DNA of 64,000 nucleotides from Octopus sinensis (Eukaryota). The first letter of the stretch is position 1. The number at the start of each line of letters is the position of its first letter. The notes beneath the pieces were generated by a model, which did no database searches, was not told where the DNA came from, and saw nothing but the letters and a program-made list of their open reading frames with translations. The translations under genes were made by a program, and so were the position numbers. The stretch is from assembly GCF_006345805.1 (NCBI RefSeq), contig NC_042998.1, positions 14,012,001-14,076,000 of the forward strand. Direction: 5' to 3'. Positions 27,166 through 38,603 of this stretch are shown here, in pieces.

Positions 27166-28210
27166 CATTACCCTTTGTTTTTAGTTTTTGATTAAAACCA
27201 TTTTTTTTGTGTCCACTATGAATACTAGGCATCGCCTATACGTATCGCATTCTGACGTGTCAGCGTAATGTTGGAGTGAGCTTGGCGTGTGTCTATGTGT
27301 GCAGGGGATGGGTGGAGGCTGCGTGTATAAATTATCTGTGTCACATCTACTATTTCCAACGTTTTATCAATGCACGGAATTATTTTAACGCCGAGTAATA
27401 TCTGAGCGTTAAATAGGATTTGAAGCTACAAGCATGACGGAATAATTCCGGATTGTTTGTTTGCGGTTTGTTTACATTCTCATTCTCATTCTCAGCTTCA
27501 TACCGTATTCAACTATTTTGTTCATCCTAGCAACATCAGTTTATTTTTGTTTTCTTGTTCTAATTCATTTGTATTGCATTCGCTCTTTAATCCTATTGTT
27601 TTATTTTTTTTTTCTTCTTTTTCAGCTAAATCTGACCTCACTTTCTAATCGTGTATTGTGCGGTGTTGCATTACATCTAAACGCTCAACAGTCAACGAAC
27701 AGCAAACGTTTTAGCTACTTAATACGAGATTTGTTTGCTTCTATGCCGTTCTCATTGTTTTCTTTTATCTTTCTGAAACACTTTCTTTTCAGCAGTTCAA
27801 AATCAGTTTAGCTAACCTATTGAATAATTGAGCACATCACCACCATGAAATCCAGCAGGTGAGGATCCTCATGAATATCTATTACACGCATCCTTTGTAT
27901 TCTGCGTACTCGCATTATTTTTTTTCAAGAAAATAAATTTCTGTTGCTAAGATTTCTTGTTTCTACTGACGATTGGCAGAAACGGTAACACGTGGAATAA
28001 CATGTTGGTTGTAGTGAGTAGCTGTTCTTTACACTCTGAGTTCAACTCTCTACAGGGTAATATTAAATTTTATATCTTTCTGAGTGGATGAAATAAATAA
28101 CAGCCAAATAATTGAATCGTTATAATACTCTTCCTAAAATATTAATGCATGGAATTTATGTTAAAGATGAATGTTATCCTTTGTATTGGCGGAAAAGTTT
28201 AGTAGAATCC

Positions 28211-28878
28211 AGAACAGCGTAGCACACCGGACGAATTGCTTAGCGGTATTTAGTCTGCCGCTGCGTTCTGAGTTCAAATTCTGCCGAGGTCGACTTTGCC
28301 TTTTGTACTTTCGGAGTCGATTAAATTAGTACTAGTTACGTACTGTGGTCGATATAATCGACTTAATCCGTTTGTCTGTCCTTGTTTTTCCTCTCTGTAT
28401 TTAGCCCCTTATGGGCAATAAAGAAATAGGTATTTCGTCTGCCGTTACCTTCCGAGTTAAAAATCCGCCAAGGTCGACTTTGCCTTTGTGGGTAGTAAAG
28501 AAACAGGATTCTCATCTGTCTTTATGTTCTGAGTTCAAATTCCGCCGAGGTCGACTTTGCCTTTTATACATTTAGGGTCGATTAAATTAGTACTAGTTAC
28601 ATACTGGGGTCGATATAATCGACTTAATCCGTTTGTCTGTCCTTGTTTGTCCTCTCTGTGTTTTTTGCCCCTTGTGGGTAGTAAAGAAACAGGTATCTCA
28701 TCTGTCTTTACGTTCTGAGTTCAAATTCCGCCGAGGTCGACTTTGCCTTTCATCCTTTCGAAGTCAATAAATTAAGTACCAGTTACGCACTGGGGTCCAT
28801 GTAATCGACTTAATCCCTTTGTCTGTCCTTGTTTGTCCCCTCTATGTTTAGCCCGTTGTTTGCAATAAAGAAATAAGA
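28211..28878 (+). mobile_element. Second head-to-tail SINE B array (three full units plus one deleted unit)
   Basis: Junctions aaagaaa(t/c)agg at about 28429, 28506 and 28692; it ends in aaagaaataagaa. Confidence 0.9.
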
Positions 28879-28889
28879 AGAGCGTGTTT

Positions 28890-29247
28890 TCAGTGTTTAG
28901 TTGCAGCACTACATTTGCTGTGCTGAAAAGACCCAAGGATAAACTTTATGCTTTTCCATGGTCGATCGCTAAAATACTTCCCAACTAAAGCGCAAAATTG
29001 CGAGCCTTTACCCGGTTGTCAAACAGCAACCATACGGTTGCATGTTTGACACCGTGAGATATGTATTTCACAGAGGACAAATAGTCTTTCAGTTCATTTT
29101 CTATAACTGGTTTGGGGAAGACGGTGATGGAACCAAGGACTTTAGAATAAGTTCTAACCGCCATCGTTCTCTCCTCCATATCGTTTAACCAATGCTTCGG
29201 TGGGACAATCTCTTACACAACAATCTTATCCGTATTTTTGTTGCCAT
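28890..29247 (-). pseudogene. Truncated gag/ORF1-like sequence of a non-LTR retroelement (copy 2)
   Basis: Starts MATK at 29247. MEERTMAVRTYSKVLGSITVFPKPVIENELKDYLSSVKYISHGVKHATVWLLFD aligns with copy 1 (VKFATVWLLFD). Confidence 0.7.
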
Positions 29248-30152
29248 GTCCAAAGCAATAGTTCACAAAAAAGGAAAGAGAAAATTCAAAAGAAAACAAA
29301 AGGGAAGAAGAAATAAATAAAAAGCAAACAGTTCAAGAAAAAGTCACAACAGTAGAAGAAAATAATAGTTCAAAAACAGAAAACTCAGCATTCATGTACT
29401 CCAAACTCTGGGCATTCATGTACTCCAAGCCCTTATGGTACTCCAATTAGAGCCTGGACTGCTCCACTTGAATACAGCTTTCCAACACAGTCGTAAAATA
29501 CACACTATTTAAAAACAGCGAACGACCTTTGGTGGCAGGATGCGTCACCAAACTATATTTCTCACAATGAGAAAATAATTTTCACTTCATGTGAACACTT
29601 GAAATACAATTTTCTAATAATGGTGAATGTTGTTGTTGTAAAAATAAAGTATTTGAAGGATACGTCCACCAGACAATGATAAAAAAATCTTCATTTACTA
29701 TGGACCATATTGCTGAACCACAAGTAGATCAGCATCCTCCTGAATCCAGTGAGGATTCCCTGTTTGTAAAATATATAAGCACAGACAAGGACCCTCACTG
29801 GGTCCAAGAGAAAAGCCTTACCTTGCAGCAGCTTCTTTTGGTAGGCTAAACACAGCTGTCTATCTTCTTCAGTACACAATACAATGGCGCTTGCGCACAC
29901 TGACAACAAAGACTCATGAGAAGTCTTAAAGACTCATGGGAAGCAAGCTAGTTTATTTTATCAAATTTGCCATAGAGGTACTACAAAGATGGGTAGCTTT
30001 GAACAAGTCATTGATGAGGCGAATGATAATAATACAGGATGATAAGGATGGGAGAAGACAGAAAGCGCCCGCCGACTCTCTACTTTTCTAAAACATTGTT
30101 TTTTTAAAGAGACACTTCTTGAGGTAATACCCTCTTACACAAATAACAACTA

Positions 30153-31411
30153 TTAATGCACATTTACACATTTCGGCACTAGGCCTATTCTTTTTCGCCT
30201 CCGACCAGGCTCCTGGCTGCCCATAGGTACTGCCCCGGATTCCGGTCGGGGTCCCAACTCACAATTCTGTACGAGTCCTTCATAAAGGAGCCCGCCACCA
30301 TTGACATGTTGGTCACCGACATGACCTTCGCAGTCAACTGCAAAGGCCAACTCCTGCTTCCTTAGGAAGCTTTCTATTGCTCCTCCCTTCAGAAACAATA
30401 TGATAAACTCGTCTTTCCTCCTTCTGGGATAGGCTGCTGCTCCCTCTGTTAGTGGCACACTTCCCACTGTCAGGGTTTAGGGCATGCTGGCAGTTGATCG
30501 TCACCTGCCAGCGATGTCCCATTCTTTTTTCTTTTTCTTCTTTTTCCTCTTCTCGACTGGAGGGTGGAGTTCCTCCAACTTGTCCGAGAGTCCCTCCTTC
30601 CCTCCCGCCGCCTCAGAATCCATCGATGGGCAACCATTGTTGCTCACCTTCTTTCTTTTTGTTTCCTTTCGCGGGGGTTACCTCCTCTTCTACCTCTCCC
30701 ACAGTTATATAATCAGGAGGCTCCGTTGGAGGAAAAACATCCTCCTCTGTTAATATTTCCAGCACGCTTGCATGGTTGATGGAGCAATTCTTCTTGATGT
30801 GGTCCGATTCCAGGAACAGGTGACACTTGGGTGGGGCGTCCATCGAGTCAGCAGGTACCTAGAACCGGCCATTAAAAAAAAATCTGGGAAAACCAGATTT
30901 CTGGTTGATTGGGTCCATAGGATCAAAATTGCTTTCGACCCCACCCAATCAGCCACAGGAAGCATTCTAACATTCAAGAGCCTGGCTCCGCTGTCACACA
31001 GACCCCGGCGGATAGTGTTCTCTACCCACTCAGGCTCTATTCCGGGTGACAGCCCACTCACCCAGGCTTTTGCCAATTTCCTCCCACGATATGTTGGGAG
31101 AAATAAAATTTTCCCCTTTCAGGGGCTGACTAGCAAACATGCTAACCTCTTTATGGGTGTCAAACAGCAACCACACTGTTGCAAATTTGACACTCCTTGT
31201 AATATACTTGATAGTTGGCAGGTATTCTGCGAACTCACTTTCAATTTCGTCCTGAGAGAACACAGAGATGGTGTCAAGGGAGGTGGAGTATGTCCTCAAC
31301 ACCACCATTCTCTCATTTCGGTCCTCTATCCCCTGTTTGTTTGTTTTTTTTTGGGGGGGGGGAGGAGGGGGCAATTTCCAACTCCAACACAGTGGTTTTC
31401 TTTGTTGCCAT
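30153..31411 (-). pseudogene. Frameshifted gag/ORF1-like protein with a CCHC zinc knuckle (L1/Tx1-like non-LTR element, copy 1)
   Basis: Joined frames read MATK...MVVLRTYSTSLDTISVFSQDEIESEFAEYLPTIKYITRSVKFATVWLLFD...FLPTYRGRKLAKAWVSG...KCHLFLESDHIKKNC (C-x2-[C>F]-x4-H-x4-C), followed by a low-complexity E/K/P-rich tail. Confidence 0.75.
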
Positions 31412-34400
31412 GATTTTAAAACAAAGAAAGCAAAAGAGTTCTACCAAAAAGTTCAAATGTTCTAAATAAAGGTTCAGTAATAAACACAAAAAAAGAACGG
31501 AAAGACAGAGCAGAGAGGAAGAACGAAGGAAGACAGTTCAATCCACGGCAACACAATTCCGCAACTCCGTAATAATACAGGTACTCCAGTCGCAAAAATA
31601 GTCCTTCCTGCCTTGGTACTCCTTGGTAATCCAGTGGAAATTCACAAACACGAAGACAAGTTTCGCACACAAATTAATTTTAGCGAAGGGGTTACGCCTC
31701 CTCAAAAACACAATTCTCACTGAAAAGTGAGTCTTTACGCACAACCACAGGTAAGCAAATATCTGGAGCAGAGTGGAGACTGTTGTTCACCAAAGATATT
31801 AAATAAAGGGCAACAAACCCCACTAAGCACACACCCCCATACAACAAACGCATACCTGTGGTTGAGCCTCAAAGTTCAATATTTCGCGACGAAAGACGTG
31901 ATTTCAAGCAGCAAGAACCCTCCTGTAGTAAAGGTAAGGAAGGTACTTACCACACAGCCACTCCTGCACCTATACACCTTTGTGTATAAATGATAAGTTT
32001 AAGTAATGCAAATTGAATCGAGGCCTTGTATCATGGATTCTGGTAGCTAGCAGCTATTTCCTTTTGTAATTTGCACATCTGATATCCAGTGACTGGAACG
32101 AATAGGCAGGTGTAAAAAGTATTTCTCGCTTTTTATAGTTATGTCCATTAACAGATTAACTTTCACAGTACAATTGCCAAGTACTCTAAAGATTAACTGC
32201 AGGTAATTTTACAGCTCACCTTAATATCACGTTGTAAGCAGTAATAATACGAATTCGTCATTGTATATCGTTTACGATAGTTCGGTAACAAAAACGGGAA
32301 ATGTAAATGTTGCACATTTCCAGAAGAGAAATAACAACGCATTTCACATAAACAGAATTATAAAATAAATGTAGTTACTTCATAGAGCTAAGCTTTCGAG
32401 TCAATTTTGAAATGTTTATGTCACTAGGTATGTAAATGCAATTTATTTTTGACGTTCTAGGTTTGCAAAATGATTGTAGATGTCGTAGCTGAGAAATTGC
32501 GAAAATTAGATCCATTCACAGAAAATGTTTCATAGCCAACGTCTTTTATGTTCATGAGAACGTTCAAAAGACATTACTACCAATTTTAAAATCACAATTC
32601 AATCTGGATTTCCGGTTGAAGCCAATTCACTTTACTTATAAAACTAACTGTCGAGCATACTAGAATCGTTTTATCCCGCCCTCTTTATATGAAGAAACTA
32701 TTATTTCAAGTTGATAATCCATACGGTCATTGATAATCAACTGCTGGATAAGTTAATGGATGTAGGAAAATATCTCTTGTGAGGAAAAAAGAAACAATAT
32801 CAATTGTAAATATAGTACTGTTGGTAGTTATTTAGTATTTTATCATTCGAACTAAGAGCGAAACTCACTATGTAAGTATCAATTCATATTAAGAGCTCAA
32901 CATACCACCTAAGTACCAAATTTCTTATGAATAATACCACATGTATTTTTGCCTCTTGCATCGTATCCTGGTCTTGGGTTGCCTATTTGTTTTAATACTT
33001 CATACTACTTACCGAGGAGCTACAGAGCAAAGATGCAAACACCTGAAAATTCTTCCTTTTAGCTTAAAACTTAATTGTGATTCTAATATCACACATTTCA
33101 GTATTTTAATGTCTTGTTTTCAAAATACTATTTCTGATAATGCCCCATTACCTTCATTCAAATCCACAAAAATCAGCCCGTAATTGAAACGGAAGCTCTC
33201 GTAATCTTCTTCGTATAGCTGATAAGAGGATGGGAAATTCGAAATCTTAGGTAACAAAACGTTTCTGAGATATTTGCGTATATGTTTCGTTACAGAAGCG
33301 TAAGATTACTTTGTATATTTATAACCCTAGTATATATTGAGATAGGAAATATAATTTTAAACATACTAGCCATGCACACGTTGTAGCGCCACTCATCTCA
33401 TGTGTACTATTTAGCAATATTGACACCTACATCGACATTCCGTCAAGATGGTCAGCTGTAACAGTTGATTATTATTTAGTGATATATTTAGGTGTTTTTG
33501 TAAGAAGTTAGTAATGTGTCAGACATCCAATCAAAATCCAAACCAAAAAGTAAAAGCAAATAAAAATTAATATCTTCAACTCTTCTCCAATGCCATCAAT
33601 AAATACACGACTGAACTTCAGCTGCAAATAAAGTTAGGCAGCCAAAATTTCCATCATTTCCTTCAGCCATCTTAAATGATAAATATCTCATTATTTTACT
33701 GTTCTGTTCCGTGTTAGAACTTCATTTTCGACATCATTTTCAGAAGACTCTATTCACAAAGTTTTAATTGACTGAGATTTTTCGGAAATTTTTAGAAGCT
33801 ACACGCTAATTAAGTATTTCCTATATTGATCTTGCTAATGGCTGCCTTTGTATGTGTGCTCATTCTTGGAATCACATCTATTAAAACCGAAGGCTAATAA
33901 CTAACCGTTTGAAATTCCAAAGTTATACTTTACCGTTTCTCTCCAAAATTGAATAAAGAAAATAAATGTTTTTGAATTACTCTAGTTTCTATTCAATAAT
34001 TCACAGATGGCGCTAATTTTCTGTTTATAACTACGTTAACCATTTAAAACAAGCTTACACAAGAATAGATTTTATCACAATAATAAAATTAGCCAAGTAG
34101 ACCTTGAATAGTATCAGTTACTTTTCTATTCGTCTTTATTCTTATTTGTGTATATTTATTTATATATTTATTTCGACAATTTCAAACGAGACAAAAAAGG
34201 AAATTACTCGTCTCTGTATTGATTAGTTTGAGTGATCGACCAACTGTCGTTGTTCAGCATCTGTTGAAAGAATCAGTTGTTTTGTATCATTGTCTACTTG
34301 TTCAATATCTTTGTTAGCTCTACGTCATTTTTTTCTTTTTCTCTATTTTTACATATTTAGAATGATTTCCTTTTTCTTTGCAGTCTTGGGCGCCATCTTT

Positions 34401-36795
34401 AATGAGTCGATTCCGTCTAGAACAGGACAAAAAGAAAAGAGAGATTGAGATGGAAATATTTTCATTTACTTTTATATTATAGGCAGCAATTGATTTACAG
34501 GTAGTGATGCATTTTTTTTCTAATCTTTAAGTAGTGTCTTTGTCGTTTACCCATTAAGTTCATAGGGCTAATTTGATAAGTGGTTTATACGGTTATTGAT
34601 AATAAGGTCGCAAACTTTTGGCTCTCTTGATACACTGAAAGAGAATAAGAAATGTTCTCATCTTCAACATTGCAGTGAAAACATACGAGCTTGCTGCCGG
34701 GACTTATTTCTTTATCCTGTGTATAAATAGTACATGGTTTAGAATACACGTTCCCATCCTTCGGATAACGGAATTTTATTTTGTTATATATATTTCAGAA
34801 TATCCGCATAAGTTATTCGCAGCAGCTCCGTTGATACAATGTATACGACAACCCATGTTGTAAAGGATTCTTATCAGCTCTGTGTAGTGTCCTTTTGAAC
34901 GGTATTTAATTCTTGATTATCCTGAATATATTTGTTATAAGAATTATCAAGTAAAAGTCAAAAACGAAATTACTTCTCTATTGATTAGTTGCCGTTGCGA
35001 CTCATTGTCATTGTTCAATATCTATTGAGGGAATCATTTATGCTGTATCAACGTCTGATAAAAATCGTTGCCAGTAATCTTTTGTTTATCGTTTTCCATA
35101 TACATATGTTCGTTTTTCTTTTATATACTTTAGCTCTATACTGTTTAGTATTCACGATTATACAACGTGTAAGGGAAAAGCCTCGGTGGGTTTGAAGTTC
35201 TGAGCTCAAGTGCATTTATAAATATGACGAAAACAAAAGTAAAACATTATGGTGTCTCCACTCTTAAATTATTAATTGGATATTAAGTCTCAATGGTGTC
35301 ACATTTATATTCACGAAGAGATGGAGGAAAATACATCTTTCACAAAATAGCTTGCGTCAGCGTGTCTACTAGTAAAGTTGAATGCGATAGTTATAACATA
35401 AGTTTTTGGCCTGATATGAATGATTTACCCATGAATGATTTAATATTACAATATTAAATGGGATTTCAATATTTACCATTAACTCCGCCAGGAAATTCAT
35501 AATAAAAATCATGCAGTGTTGATTGAATCTTTCATTCTTACGAAGCTGATACAGAGATACCAGCAATTTAGTCAAACATATTCAATCATCTTTATCACAT
35601 CTCCTTGACAGAACTTGGAATTGTGCGTACATATAAGATTAATATAAGTGAACTCTTAGAAAGAACAGGTTATGGATATAATATATCTCATCAGAAACAC
35701 CGTTACTATACAGCGGAAAATTTAATCTAATATTTTATTTGTGTTTTCTTATGGACAGTATAGAAGTAGTTATTTGGTTTTGAACATGCCCCATTTGTTT
35801 CGCTCCGAGCGAAATATGTTTACCATTGCTTCAACACCCCTGCATTATATTACCATTATTACCAACGTCATTCTGAGACGCCACCATCACATCTAGTAAC
35901 GTACATAGAGGAACCAGAAGCAATATTAGCTAAAATTCATACATATCAACAGAAATGTGATTTATCTTTCAGCTCAGCTATTCCTCTGACTATGCTTTCA
36001 TCTCGTCTACATATCGATTTCTCATATTTTACAATAATGTTTGTTTACCTTTCATCTGTAATATATTTATTTATACAACAATCCCTCTTTGTTGTGTCTC
36101 TGTTTGCCTATCATTTATACATTCTATATTTATGCAACAATTCCATTATTTCCTATCAACTTTCTATAAATAACTGAGAATAGGTTTGACGAAAGTAGAA
36201 AAAGAAGTATTATGCATATGAAATCCCATTTCCCCGCGTGAATCTAGATGCATATTATTAATGTTGCTATGTTCACTAGAAACCTGAGGTCATTTCGTTG
36301 GCGTACGCTACTTCAGAACAGCTAAATCATCAGTATTATATATTTAGCTTCGCTAGAATTAAAATATTACTTATGCAATTAAAGACTCATTAATTAATGT
36401 ATGAAGTGAGTTTATTCAAAGTACTTATTTGTATATATTGTATTTTTAGTAGACACAAGGGCAATTTTGGTACAGAACCAGTATAAACAATCGATTTGAC
36501 ATCATTAATATCAATTATGTATATTAAAATGTGCTAGTAATTTATTTAATGAAGAGTGAATTAGTAATCACCAAACTATTTCTAGATAACAATTCCAAGA
36601 TAACATGTTTCAACCATTGCAAAACCATGCACGCCCCAAGCACTTGTAAAATTATTCTGATTACGTAAAATACTTTTCTTAACGCAATGACATAACGCAA
36701 TACACATAGTTACCTTTCACTACGCAAAGAAAGAACATATCTACATATAACAAGCAGAAATAAAACATTGGTTTCTAATACGGGTAAAAAGCAGT

Positions 36796-37187
36796 GGTAG
36801 CGGAAGTACTCCGTCGGTTACGACGATGAGGGTTCCGGTTGATCCGAATCAACGGAACTGCCTGCTCGTGAAATTAACGTGTAAGTGGCTGAGCACTCCA
36901 CAGACACGTGCACCCTTAACGTAGTTCTCGGGGATATTCAGCGTGACACAGAGAGTGACAAGGCCGGCCCCTTTGAAATACAGGTACAACAGAAACAGGA
37001 AGTAAGAGTGAGAGAAAGTTGTGGTGAAAGAGTACAGCAGGGATCACCACCATCCCCTGCCGGAGCCTCGTGGAGCTTTTAGGTGTTTTCGCTCAATAAA
37101 CATTCACAACGCCCGGTCTGGGAATCGAAAGCGCGATCCTATGTCCGCGAGTCCGCTGCCCTAACCACTGGGCCATTGCGCCTCCAC
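36796..37187 (-). mobile_element. Chimeric SINE: type E head and body plus type D tail, with a 10-bp TSD
   Basis: TSD aaaaagcagt at 36786-36795 and 37188-37197; A box TGGCCCAGTGG and B box GCTTTCGATTCCC. Confidence 0.92.
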
Positions 37188-37447
37188 AAAAAGCAGTAAA
37201 GAAAAGTGAAAGAGAGGATTTTTATTAGCGCAGAATGTAAAATATATACAAAGACGACCTGGACGCAATTAGAAGTCAAAACGTAAATAGACCCAACAAA
37301 GAAACTCTAATGCATTTAATCTTACTTTCTACCCATTCCACTAATGCGTCGTCTTCCATGCAAAATGCTTAAAACGTATCAGAAGTGGCAGACAGAACAT
37401 AAATATCAAATGTATACAGTTCTATATTTAAGAGATAAGGAATTATG

Positions 37448-37851
37448 TACGTTATTTACATTTGACGGGTATTTGGCATCTTGTTTGTTAACGCAACTGT
37501 TCGGCTGATATAACCCCCCCTCCAGCCTTCATCAGGTGTCTTTGGGAAAATTTCGAACATGGGTATTTTTCGATGTTATTATTATTATTCTACTGCCTGT
37601 AATCGAACTCAGAATCTTGGGTTAGTATCCCACGCTCTTAACCACTATGCCATATGCCCGTGGACAATTATGGAGTGAATTTTACGACTTGCAAATCTAA
37701 TATTTACCTATCTTTTCTTAATAACAACAATGAGAACCAGGTTCGAAATTTCCCCAAGACACCAGATGAAGGCTGGAGGGTATATCAACCGAAATGTTGT
37801 GTTAACAACAACCAAGATGAAGACAAATATCCGTCAAATGTAAATAATGTA
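37448..37851. mobile_element. Foldback element: hammerhead-like inverted arms of about 115 bp around a tRNA-like core
   Basis: 37448-37563 is the reverse complement of 37736-37851. The core at 37591-37659 (minus) has A box TGGCATAGTGG and B-box-like GAGTTCGATTAC. Confidence 0.85.
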
Positions 37852-38140
37852 AATAATATCAATATTATAACCTAAAAGAGCACATAAAGACATAATTAGC
37901 AACATGCATGCAGTCGGCTAATAGCAACTCAGTTATTGACACACTCCACATCTGGGCAACAAGCGCATTGCATCCTTACTCTGAGTTGAATGGTGTTATG
38001 TTCCTACTACTCAGGCATAAACCTGACCTATTCGTTTCTCCTCACTGAGTGTATGAAAAGAAGCCTTCAGAGGAAGCTACATATGGTTGTAGAGATCAAA
38101 TTGTTATACCGTATACGCTCGTGTTTCTTTTTTATTATAT

Positions 38141-38603
38141 GAACCTTTTACCACATATAATGTAAAAAAATGACTGCGTTTTCAGATATACCAATCCATA
38201 CAAACTAGAGATAAAACAAACGACTGCATAATAATGTCAAATGTTATGAAACTGTATGTTCATTCTATGTTTTAAAATTTCATGACAGTAACATAATTTC
38301 TATCTTCCCAAACTTCCTCCAAGGGCATATCACCAAAAATCTCAAACAGTTCTACGAACATAGGCTTTTAATGTATCCTTCACTTGGTTACAGAATTCAA
38401 ATTGTTACGTGGAATAGTGTGGCGTTTTTATGGCATGAGCCCTTTAGAGCATATAATATAAAAAGTGACTACGTTTTCAGATATACCAATAAAAAAACAA
38501 GCTAGTGAGAACAAAACCAATCGACAGCATAGTTATTTCATAAACCATGAAACGGTATGTTCATTCCATGTTTAAAAATTTCTTTACGCTAACCTAATTC
38601 CTA
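38141..38603 (+). repeat. Old direct repeat, two units of about 165 bp, about 300 bp apart
   Basis: 38141-38302 versus 38437-38603 share cgttttcagatataccaat exactly, plus tatgttcatt(c/t)(t/c)atgttt. Confidence 0.8.

Noticed and set aside
30772-31413. 213-aa plus-strand ORF
   Set aside because: It is the antisense shadow of the minus-strand gag/ORF1 pseudogene, which carries the recognisable motifs.
33013-33042. Candidate 30-nt minus-strand micro-exon (ttttcag|...|gtaagt)
   Set aside because: The splice signals are good but the peptide is unrecognisable and there are no linked exons, so it cannot be supported from sequence alone.
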